Below, piece after piece: positions 36,117 through 44,464 of a DNA stretch of 64,000 nt; positions within the stretch are counted from its first letter, which is position 1, and each line of letters opens with the position of its first letter. Where the stretch lies: positions 276 through 64,275 of IMG/VR virus record IMGVR_UViG_3300037400_003675. One strand, written 5' to 3'. Below the pieces are notes generated by a model. The model was not told the origin of the DNA. It searched no databases and was given only the letters and a program-made list of their open reading frames with translations. The position numbers were made by a program, and so were the translations under genes. Origin of the DNA: a virus (lineage: Duplodnaviria > Caudoviricetes).

Positions 36117-36455
36117 TTAAGCGGTTGCGTATCTTACTCTCTTTCCGTAGGGAAGAGCGAGGGAAAGTGCCATTTCATCCACCTTGTCGCGGTAGTCAAT
36201 ATCGGGCAGGTAGATAGTGATATAACCCCACGAACACTCTATTATCTCCACTGGCTCGTTCTTGGCGAATGCGCCCACTATGGAGCGAATATCGCAGCGA
36301 GTGGGCAGGGTGTCGGAATTGACTATTCCGTTGCGGAAATACTTGTGCCCGACCTCTACGCAGTCAATCTGCAACTTGGCGTTGTGCGCCTTGGCGCAGG
36401 CTCTCAATGCTTTGAGCAAGTTCTGCTCATTGGGGATGATTTGTTTCTTGTTCAT
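36117..36455 (-). CDS. Hypothetical protein
   Basis: 112 aa. Confidence 0.65.
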   Translation of the reverse strand: MNKKQIIPNEQNLLKALRACAKAHNAKLQIDCVEVGHKYFRNGIVNSDTLPTRCDIRSIVGAFAKNEPVEIIECSWGYITIYLPDIDYRDKVDEMALSLALPYGKRVRYATA

Positions 36456-36533
36456 AACTTTGTGATTTAGTGATATTGGGGAGTGCGCAGTCGGTCAAGA
36501 CCACGCACCCAAGGGGGAGGAAAGGGGCAGGCA

Positions 36534-37061
36534 TCAATAGAAGTAGTAGCCATCATCCTCCCAATAATCCACCATAAGGCTATGCCCATAGGCTTCGCAA
36601 TCAAAATAGTTCTCTATCGTTGCTCTGATGCCCTCGGGAATGGAGGGGAGGATAAACTCTTCAAACTCTCTCCGCCCAAGTTCTTCCTCATCCTCAAATT
36701 GCCCGATATAATGCTCGTTCGCCTCGCTCACGAGTTCATCTATATCCGTATCATCATCAATGCTGATAGATTTCGCCCTGCAATAGTGCTCAACGATGTC
36801 TGCATCATTATCATCCAGCGCAATCAAGTCCCAAACTATTGGAGATACCCAACTCTCCGAAACGAAGTTTTCGGGGATATACTCGCGGTCTTGGAACATA
36901 AACTCGGGGTCGGTTTCATCCTTGTGGAGTTCCTTGCAAGCCTTGTAGAAATCTTCCTTGCTATCATAGTCCGCCAAGTTCATCCACTTGCCGAAAAGAC
37001 TACCGCAGTTGTACTTGTGATAAGTGCCTACATAAATGGCTGCTTTCTTAATGTCGCTCAT
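36534..37061 (-). CDS. ardA: Antirestriction protein ArdA
   Basis: IYVGTYHKYNCGSLFGKW, DPEFMFQD and YFDCEAYG motifs; highly acidic. Confidence 0.93.
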   Translation of the reverse strand: MSDIKKAAIYVGTYHKYNCGSLFGKWMNLADYDSKEDFYKACKELHKDETDPEFMFQDREYIPENFVSESWVSPIVWDLIALDDNDADIVEHYCRAKSISIDDDTDIDELVSEANEHYIGQFEDEEELGRREFEEFILPSIPEGIRATIENYFDCEAYGHSLMVDYWEDDGYYFY

Positions 37062-37351
37062 AATGTGTGTGATTTATTGGTTTATAACTGGGAGTGCAGG
37101 GCGTAACATTCAAACCCCCTGCACCATAAGAGTAAAGCATTGAGCAAATCCGTCTTTTAAGTTGTCGCAATCATTATCGCCTTGTCTATCTCGCATCTTC
37201 GCACCTTTTCACTATGGACACACAAGTACAAGCCTTGCAGTTTCATCCCCTTGGATACCACCCCAAAGGCATAGCTTAATCCGTTGCATTTCAGCGAGTT
37301 AGTGTATGTCAATGAACTGCCCGAAAGCCGTTTCCATTGGCTTTGCTACTG

Positions 37352-37359
37352 CAAAGGTA
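37352..37359 (-). promoter_or_regulatory. -7 promoter element TACCTTTG upstream of ardA
   Basis: TAnnTTTG match preceded by an AT-rich upstream region. Confidence 0.65.
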
Positions 37360-37884
37360 TAAATAATTTTGATTTGTTGTAACACTTTTAATCAAATTTT
37401 TTTAACTTTTTCTCTCATTTTGTTTTAGAGGGCTTGTAATGTGCTGATATTCAGTATGTTACAAAATGCATTTTTACCGCATTTGTTTTTGTCAAAACTT
37501 GACACTATCCCGAGCATCCTTAATAATTCAAGCAGCAATCCGCAGGCATCTGCCATTTTGGGGCGTAAGTCGTTGATATTCAAGGGGGTAGAAAGACTCC
37601 CCCAAAAAGGTCTCTCGCACCCCATTTTGCGCAAATCGTGTACCGAGGGGGCAAAATCCGCAGGGCAAAAGGTGTGGAACTTTCCTAATAGGCAGGGGCA
37701 AAAGGGCATCGCAGGCATCTGCAAGGGGGATTTGTGGGAAACCTTGCAAGCATTTGAGCAAGCATCGGCAGAAAAGTGTGCGCTCTGGGGTGTGTTTTCG
37801 TGGGTATGGGCAAGATTGAAAAGGAACTCCATATTGCCCCCATTTATAGTATCAATCGCTCAATATGGATAAAACCCGAAATAG

Positions 37885-37903
37885 TTTCCTGGGGCCCCAG
37901 AAA
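37885..37903. other. Palindrome TTT(C)CTGGGGCCCCAGAAA, candidate packaging or terminus site
   Basis: Perfect 12-bp palindrome at 37889-37900, at the edge of the restriction-site-depleted block. Confidence 0.4.
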
Positions 37904-37948
37904 GAATGCTTAATGATTCTTGCGTGGCGGTTGGGTGTGGATCGGCGC

Positions 37949-38013
37949 TGTGGTGTGAATGGTGTGGGTGTATGTGGTGTATGTGGTGTATGTAGTGTGT
38001 GTTGGTGTATGGG
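37949..38013 (+). repeat. C-free G/T-rich tract with GGTGTATGT x3
   Basis: Exact units at 37967, 37976 and 37985 plus degenerate copies. Confidence 0.75.
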
Positions 38014-38349
38014 TCCCATAAGGATGGTTATTAAAGAAGAAACCCTCTCCTGGACTGTCGCAGCCGAGGGGAGGGGTAGATTCTTGTTATGAAAAGACCT
38101 CAGCACCGGTGTTGTCAAGACAGAAAGAACCCTGAGCACTAAAAACCAAGTAGATAAGCATTCCAAAGAGAACCGGTGCCGATACAAAGGTAGTAAAGAA
38201 ATGTGAAAGTTGAGCCGAGGTGGTGGCTGGAAGCGCAAAAAATATTTTTGTGGCGTATTGGTGTATATATCAGGCGTTTATGAGGGGTAAGTGGGACATT
38301 GTGGGACACAAGTTGTTCACGGGTAGTGAAATTTTCGGGGAAATGTTTA

Positions 38350-38480
38350 TACCTTTGTAGTGGTGTTGGGTGGGAACGGGGTGTGAACATACGATAGTTA
38401 TCCCTGTGAGGGGACACTATAGAAACGTCTGCATCGCCCCATCCCGAGACAACACCACCTCTACTGCAGGCGTTTTTTTT
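38350..38480 (+). ncRNA. Promoter-driven structured short RNA or attenuator
   Basis: TACCTTTG at 38350, interleaved stems GTGGTGTTG/CAACACCAC and AAACGTCTGCA/TGCAGGCGTTT, and a U8 tract. Confidence 0.5.
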
Positions 38481-38873
38481 ATTGTGCATGAGAGAGCGGT
38501 CGGGGATCAGGAAGGACCTATCGGGGAAACTTACGTTCGGCCTTCCGTAGAAAGGAGCAGAAGAATGACAGCGCAGCTCCAGCCTGGGGTATAATTCCTG
38601 CCGGGTGCTGTTAGCCCATACGAGGGTTGAAGGCGGGATAACTCGTTCCATTCGTAGTGGCGAACGAGGCTCGACGTGCGAGGTACTGGCTCCGTAGAGG
38701 GACCTTGGATGAGAGAGCGCACTCCCTGATCCGCCGTTTCGGCGGGTTAGGGGTTATTGTGCTCTCTATACTCGGAGACTTCACCATAGAGGGGTTTATT
38801 CTTTCAGAGAATAGATAATAATATATTTCCCGATTTTCGTCAAAATTTTCCCGGAAATTCGCATCTTTGCGGT

Positions 38874-39242
38874 ATGTTCAGAATTGTTCCGCTCTTACTG
38901 GGGCTGACGGCCCTCCTTCTCGTCATCCGCCGTGTCAGGCATAAGCGCATCTTATGGTTGTGCGCATCCGTCGTCCTGCTGTTTCTCTGCGCCTATGAGG
39001 CGTTCCCAACGATAAGGTTTGGATGGGGGCTGTGTTTCCCCTCTGATGCCGCTTACCCAGACCTGTGGCTGCCCCGTGGGTACTATGCGGAGGGAATCCC
39101 CGCATACTCCCTCATAAGGGGCTGCAGGGGCGCGAAATGGCTGCATCCGGACTGGTATCCGGCGCTGCTGTGCGTCTTGTCCTTGGGATTGTGCCTATTC
39201 GCCCTTCTCCGGGGTCGTGGAAGGGACGGAAGGACGCAGTGA
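38874..39242 (+). CDS. Isolated membrane protein (moron-like)
   Basis: 122 aa with three hydrophobic segments; converges on the lysozyme gene. Confidence 0.55.
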   Translation: MFRIVPLLLGLTALLLVIRRVRHKRILWLCASVVLLFLCAYEAFPTIRFGWGLCFPSDAAYPDLWLPRGYYAEGIPAYSLIRGCRGAKWLHPDWYPALLCVLSLGLCLFALLRGRGRDGRTQ

Positions 39243-39881
39243 CTCTATGTCCTCGGCCAGCACCTTGTTCCTCCCCAGGGGGCGTTTCTTCGCGTCATAG
39301 CGGGGACTCTCCCTGAGCATGGCGTCTATGTCGCCCTCGTATGCCGCCTGCATCAGCTTGGGGAAGGATGCGAGACCGCCCCTCACCCCGTACTCGTAGT
39401 CCGCGAGGATGGACTGCTGCCTGAATCCCAGGCCGTCCCAGGCTCCCTCGCCGTAACGCTTGTCGAAGGTCCTGCGGGCATTGTCGTAGTACCTCGGAGC
39501 CTCGTCCTCCACCGCCTGCACCGCCTGCTCGTCCGTGAGGTATCCCTGCCGGAGCGCCGTGTCCGCCCAGGGACCGCCGTTGGACAGCTTGATGCCGTAG
39601 GCTATGGTCCTTGCTCCCCCTTCATGGGATTCGTGGGGATACCACCTCTGCAGGAGCGGGTCCCATCCCCTGCCCCCGAGGCCCTTCCTGTTCTCCACCT
39701 TCATTATGCGGCGGGCCATGTCCTTCAGCGCCAGCCTGCGCTTGTCCGCGGCGGAGGGCTCGCCCTCTCCCTTGAAATTCCCGCCCAGGCCCAGAAGCCC
39801 CTCCGGATCGTAGAGGGGCCCCTTCGCTATGTCCTCCGCGGCTTTCAGGGACTGCCGCCTTTCTTCTTCTATGCTTCCCAT
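39195..39881 (-). CDS. Phage lysozyme-like (GH24/T4-type) protein
   Basis: Start MGSIEEE; VENRK...WYPHESHEGGARTIAYGIKL, FPKLMQAAYEGD and GRN motifs. The longer ORF in the track is a spurious upstream extension. Confidence 0.7.
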   Translation of the reverse strand: MGSIEEERRQSLKAAEDIAKGPLYDPEGLLGLGGNFKGEGEPSAADKRRLALKDMARRIMKVENRKGLGGRGWDPLLQRWYPHESHEGGARTIAYGIKLSNGGPWADTALRQGYLTDEQAVQAVEDEAPRYYDNARRTFDKRYGEGAWDGLGFRQQSILADYEYGVRGGLASFPKLMQAAYEGDIDAMLRESPRYDAKKRPLGRNKVLAEDIESLRPSVPSTTPEKGE

Positions 39882-39904
39882 GACTGAACTGATTTTGACT
39901 GTGA

Positions 39905-40315
39905 CTATCCTTTCCTGTTGAACACCAGCATCGCCGCATCCCTCGCGTGCTCCGAGGTCTTGCCGGTCCAGCCGGTCACCTTCGCGAAGAAATCCGCGTT
40001 CATCTTCGTGGCGTTGCGCCTCGGGGGTATGGCGTGGTACTCCACCTCCAGGTCCTTCAGGAAGTCGTCCCAGATGCCGCAGTCCCTCTTCACGGAACCC
40101 GCACCCTGGAGCTGCTCCCTGCCGGCGCTGCCGAACCACGTCCGCTGCCTCGCGTCCTCGAAATAGACTACTATGTCGTCCGATACGGAGAGCCGCTGCA
40201 CCCGCTCCATCGCTATGTGGATCTTCAGGGTGGCCAGCTCCGTGAGCCTCTTCCTCTCCGTGTCCCATACGGCGAACCCCGTATGCACTCCCGTGTCGAT
40301 ACCTATGCAGAGCAT
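39905..40315 (-). CDS. RuvC-like Holliday junction resolvase
   Basis: IGIDTG, VYFED and HARDAAML acidic triad. Confidence 0.8.
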   Translation of the reverse strand: MLCIGIDTGVHTGFAVWDTERKRLTELATLKIHIAMERVQRLSVSDDIVVYFEDARQRTWFGSAGREQLQGAGSVKRDCGIWDDFLKDLEVEYHAIPPRRNATKMNADFFAKVTGWTGKTSEHARDAAMLVFNRKG

Positions 40316-40318
40316 ATC

Positions 40319-43252
40319 CTACCCTATCCGCCTCCTCACGGGCTCGAAGTCTATCATCGTGGGACCGAAGTCAGTGTCGTCCGGCACTGCCCCGCCGATG
40401 GTAATCGTGTAGTAGCGCCACGACCTCGCCGCAGGGCCGGTGCGTATCTGGCTTATCTTCTTGCCGCTCCTGTTCGCGTAGGAGAGCAGCGCCCAGTCCT
40501 GCAGGTTGTCGCTGCCGTAGAGCGCCACGGTCAGGTCTCCCGACGAGGCACGCACCATCTGTAGCACCCTGTGTATGTGCCCGTACTGGCCGCCGCCCAT
40601 GGAGAAGGGACGCGACTGCAGGTGCACCGCTATGTCCGTTCCCTCCGTCTCGTTCGAGAGGTCGTACGTCGCCCTGCCCCTCTCGGAATCGAAGGTGAGG
40701 TTGTTGGTGGTGGTCCTGTAGGAGAAGGTGCCGTTGCAGTCCCCCGCGGAGTCGTGGCCGTCTATGTCGATGCGGATCGTGTATAGGGTGCCCAAGGTCT
40801 GGTGCTCCTCCTTGGTGAAGGTCATCACGGACCCCTGCAGCATACTCCCTATGATGTGGGCCTGCCACTCCAGACGGAACTGCTCGAATATGGCGTCCGT
40901 GCCCGCCGCCGCCTCTGCCGCGGTGACGGTGTGTGTGAAGACGAACGCATCCTCCCCTATGGCCAGGGTAAGCGTCAGGACGGAACCTTCCGGGAGGAAG
41001 GGAGCTTGGAAGGTCTTGTACGCCCATACCCTCGTGGCGATGACCGGATCGGATGCGATGTGGTCTCCCACCGCGTCCTGCGTCAAGGCCACGGGTATCT
41101 TGAACCACTGCCGGTACTTCAGCGAGAGGACGTAGGAATAGTGGTAGGCGGGGTTGCTTATGATCAACTCGTCCCGGAAGCGGTTGTACGACAGCGACGC
41201 ACCAGCGGCGAAGTCCTCGAAGGACACCTGCGATTCGGTGCCGGACGTGTCGTAGTGCCGGCGGCAGATGGCTATGTACCCCGTACAGTTCCTTATGTAC
41301 TTGTGCGGCCCCAGGGAGAGCGCGTCGCTCACCAGCACGGAGTTCCCGCCGGCAACGAGCCAGAGCCCGCCGGCAGCGAGGAAGAAAGTGCCGTTCTCCG
41401 TTGCTACCCCGTTGGACTGCGCCACGAGGTTGGATATGGGACGGAACGCGCCGTAGAGCACCGTCCCCGTGCCCTGCAGCAGCGCGTACACGCCACGGTC
41501 GGTGAAGATGTCCAGCGGGTAGTCCCCGAAGGACACGTCCCTCACCGCCACCATCTGCGGCAGGATGTCCAGTATCTTTCCCGGAGCGAGGTAGGAGTGG
41601 TTCACGTCGAACACGAACGGGTTGTACTGCTCGCTGACGTTGATCGCGGACGGCTCGGCTACCTCCACGAAACGCTTCGCGCCGTCCTCCGCGAGCGTCT
41701 CCAGCTCCGTGTATTCGTCCGAAGGGGATGAAGGAGCCTCGGCATAGTACGCACCCTCGGTGTTTATGGTGTAGTTGTACCTCGCCGAATCGGTCATCGC
41801 GTACTTGAAGAGGTTATAGTAGGTCGCGGTGCCCCCCTGGATGGCGAATGTCACCCAGACCTCCCTCACGCGGATGGAGGGGGCTATGAGGATGAGCCCG
41901 TCGGTGTGGTGGATGCCCGTGCCTACATAGACCGGCACGTTCCTCTCCCCGTCGTTGTATATCAGGAATATCTTGCAGGCGTTTCCCGAACCGGGATAGA
42001 TGCCCGAGAAGTTCGGCTTGGACAGCCACTCCCTGCGGATGCCGCCGTAGATGTGGAAGCGCGAGTTGTACGCCAGCACCTCACCGAAGTGCGCCACTGC
42101 TCCCGAATCCACGCGCAGTGTCTCCGAGGTGGTCTGTATGTTCCCGCCGAAATGCAGGATGAACGACTGGTTCGCCAGGACGAGGTCCTTCATGGGGATA
42201 CTCTTCTGATGGTACAGGAGCTGCCCCCCGAGGTCTATCAGGTCGGGAGTGAGTTCCGGAGCGACCACGTCCCCCATGCTCGATATCTGTCCCCCCTTCT
42301 TGCTTATGTCCGCCACGAACTGCGGACGCGACACATAGATCTCCGCGCTCTTCACTATGGAAGTGTCCTCCGACCAGCCATAGACGCGCCCCAGGGTCAT
42401 GCGGATTTTCAGGGCCGCTCCGTACACGTAGCTGTTCGATGCCGTACCCCTCGCTATATAGTAGCCTCCGTCGGGGAAGTCCCTCTCGAAGTCGGGGAAG
42501 TACTGTGCGCCCGACCAGGTCTCGTCCACGAAATAGTGGGCGGAACTCAGCGGGCCGAAGCTGTCCTTATACACGGGTATGGGGTTGATGGGAATCCACT
42601 GCCCCGTCCAGAAGGTCTTTCCGTCCGCGGTCTTGAGCGCTATGGCGATGACCGCCTGGCCGAAACAGTAGTCCTTGTATTTCTCCTGCAGTCCGTTGTA
42701 CCCCGTGGCCACGATGTCCTGGATCTCCGTCATCGGCGTGGACTGGGTGAAGTTCGGAACCTTGAAGTTCCCGAGGTACGAATCATCCACGGAGAACGAC
42801 GCGGATATGGCCGGCATCCCGCTGTCCATCTTGACGTATCCGTCCCCCGTCCAGCGGAGGGTGATGTTCTGGCTGAGGTTGCTCGGATAGGCTTCCACGA
42901 TGCAGCTGAACAGCGCGAGGTTGCTCACCGCCGCGAAGCTGTACTTCATTGATATGATGTGCGGGTCCTCTATGATGAACAGCGCCCCGCCTATGGGCTG
43001 CCCCTCGTCGTCTATCTGGTGGCACGAGAGGGTGCCGTTGGCGTACTTCACGGCAAGGTAGTTCGTGCCGTCACTCACGCGGTGCTCGTATATCTTGTCA
43101 TAGACGGTTTCCATCATCCATCCGAAAGGCTTTACAGGGACGAGCCCGCCCGTGGTGGGCCGCAGGTTCGTCAGCTCCTCGCAGGAGCCGTCCGAGGAAT
43201 AGTCGGAAACGGCCCTGTTGATTCCCTTGAAATTCAGTTCGCTTACAGGCAT
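40319..43252 (-). CDS. Tail nozzle / stabilization protein (P22 gp10 / T7 gp12-like)
   Basis: 977-aa beta-rich protein with an F.GINR...DG.CEEL.NL N-terminus. Confidence 0.65.
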   Translation of the reverse strand: MPVSELNFKGINRAVSDYSSDGSCEELTNLRPTTGGLVPVKPFGWMMETVYDKIYEHRVSDGTNYLAVKYANGTLSCHQIDDEGQPIGGALFIIEDPHIISMKYSFAAVSNLALFSCIVEAYPSNLSQNITLRWTGDGYVKMDSGMPAISASFSVDDSYLGNFKVPNFTQSTPMTEIQDIVATGYNGLQEKYKDYCFGQAVIAIALKTADGKTFWTGQWIPINPIPVYKDSFGPLSSAHYFVDETWSGAQYFPDFERDFPDGGYYIARGTASNSYVYGAALKIRMTLGRVYGWSEDTSIVKSAEIYVSRPQFVADISKKGGQISSMGDVVAPELTPDLIDLGGQLLYHQKSIPMKDLVLANQSFILHFGGNIQTTSETLRVDSGAVAHFGEVLAYNSRFHIYGGIRREWLSKPNFSGIYPGSGNACKIFLIYNDGERNVPVYVGTGIHHTDGLILIAPSIRVREVWVTFAIQGGTATYYNLFKYAMTDSARYNYTINTEGAYYAEAPSSPSDEYTELETLAEDGAKRFVEVAEPSAINVSEQYNPFVFDVNHSYLAPGKILDILPQMVAVRDVSFGDYPLDIFTDRGVYALLQGTGTVLYGAFRPISNLVAQSNGVATENGTFFLAAGGLWLVAGGNSVLVSDALSLGPHKYIRNCTGYIAICRRHYDTSGTESQVSFEDFAAGASLSYNRFRDELIISNPAYHYSYVLSLKYRQWFKIPVALTQDAVGDHIASDPVIATRVWAYKTFQAPFLPEGSVLTLTLAIGEDAFVFTHTVTAAEAAAGTDAIFEQFRLEWQAHIIGSMLQGSVMTFTKEEHQTLGTLYTIRIDIDGHDSAGDCNGTFSYRTTTNNLTFDSERGRATYDLSNETEGTDIAVHLQSRPFSMGGGQYGHIHRVLQMVRASSGDLTVALYGSDNLQDWALLSYANRSGKKISQIRTGPAARSWRYYTITIGGAVPDDTDFGPTMIDFEPVRRRIG

Positions 43253-43254
43253 GG

Positions 43255-43773
43255 CTAATCTTCGTTTTCTTCGTTGTCGTTGTCATCGCTGCCGCCGGAG
43301 TCGCTGATGTGGTTCTCCTTCTTCATCCTCTCCAGCATCGTCAGTTTCTCCTTCTTCTTCGGCGTGAGGGGCTTGACGGTCTCGCTGATTATGTCGATCA
43401 CGCTCTTCGCCTTGACCGTGTCGCTTGACTCGAACTCGGAGAGCGTCTTATATACCATCGCCAGCTTTGCCGGGTCGGTGGTCTGCTCTATCAGCTCGTA
43501 GCACCTCTTCAGCACCTTGTCCTTGATGCTCTTGATGGTGGGGGCGGCGTCCTGGGGGTCCTCCACGTTCACTCCGTGTGAATCTTCCTCGCGGATGGTC
43601 TCGAACACGGCCTTGCGGTAATCCAGGTCCCAGTCCTTGATGTCCGCGACCGTGGTGTTGGGTATGCCGAGGATCTTCAGCATCTTCGCCGGGTTGCTCT
43701 CGAACATCCGGTGGAGCAGATAGATGTAGGCTATCTTGCGCTTGGCAATCCTGTCCTTTACATTCTTGTCCAT
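43255..43773 (-). CDS. Hypothetical protein (possible small terminase or regulator)
   Basis: 172 aa from MDKNVKDRI, helical with an acidic tail. Confidence 0.55.
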   Translation of the reverse strand: MDKNVKDRIAKRKIAYIYLLHRMFESNPAKMLKILGIPNTTVADIKDWDLDYRKAVFETIREEDSHGVNVEDPQDAAPTIKSIKDKVLKRCYELIEQTTDPAKLAMVYKTLSEFESSDTVKAKSVIDIISETVKPLTPKKKEKLTMLERMKKENHISDSGGSDDNDNEENED

Positions 43774-43829
43774 ATAAGTCGCTATTTCAGTATCCGATAG
43801 CAAGTTTAACTATAACTTTTTGGAATTTT

Positions 43830-43844
43830 TTCACATTTTGTGAA
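43830..43844. promoter_or_regulatory. Palindrome TTCACA-TTT-TGTGAA
   Basis: Identical to the core at 2325-2339, in the second divergent late intergenic region. Confidence 0.6.
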
Positions 43845-43895
43845 TATTTTTCAAATAAGTATAGGTAACTTGGTCCCATAAAAAAATGAACGAAT

Positions 43896-44453
43896 ATGCT
43901 GACAGCGATTATGTTAATGTTCACGCCCCTCGTAATACCGTTAATACCCCTGCTGATAGCGGGTACGGCGCTTGCTGCGGGCGGAGCAGCCGGCGGTGCC
44001 ATAGGTGCAGCCGCGAACCGCAGGAAGGCGAAGAAAGAGGAAAGCCGGGCATACGGCGAGGCGAAGGATTTCCTTGATTCACAATACTACCGCGATCCCA
44101 CGACCACTCCAGGCAACAGGGCGTTGCTCAAGACGATGGACGAGAGGCTGCGGAAGGACAACGAGGCAATAGACAACCGCGCAGAGGCGGGCGGTGCCAC
44201 TACGGAGAACCGCCTTGCGGCACGCCAGGCAAGCAACGAGACCATGAGCGGCACCTATGCCAGACTCCTTCAGGGAGAGGACGAGCGCAGGGACAGGGTG
44301 GCGAGGCAGCGGATGCAGCTCGACCTCCAGCACTCCGCGAACATCCAGGGGCAGTACCTCCAGGCGGCACAGGACTGGCAGGCGTGGGGCACGGCCCTCG
44401 GCAACGCCGGTATGCAGCTCGGATCGGCGGGTTTGCTGGACTATAAACAGTAA
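43896..44453 (+). CDS. Putative DNA ejection (internal virion) protein
   Basis: Hydrophobic G/A-rich N-terminus and Q/R-rich helices, as in P22 gp7 / T7 gp14-type proteins. Confidence 0.6.
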   Translation: MLTAIMLMFTPLVIPLIPLLIAGTALAAGGAAGGAIGAAANRRKAKKEESRAYGEAKDFLDSQYYRDPTTTPGNRALLKTMDERLRKDNEAIDNRAEAGGATTENRLAARQASNETMSGTYARLLQGEDERRDRVARQRMQLDLQHSANIQGQYLQAAQDWQAWGTALGNAGMQLGSAGLLDYKQ

Positions 44454-44464
44454 GTTCGACAATT

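Noticed and set aside
37425-38722. ORFs in the 37.1-38.9 kb interval
   Set aside because: Atypical codon usage, derived from repeats and AT-rich tracts, with no plausible start context; treated as non-coding.
39882-40268. 357-aa version of the lysozyme ORF
   Set aside because: The upstream part overlaps the RuvC-like gene in another frame and has shadow composition; the start at 39881 fits the operon spacing.
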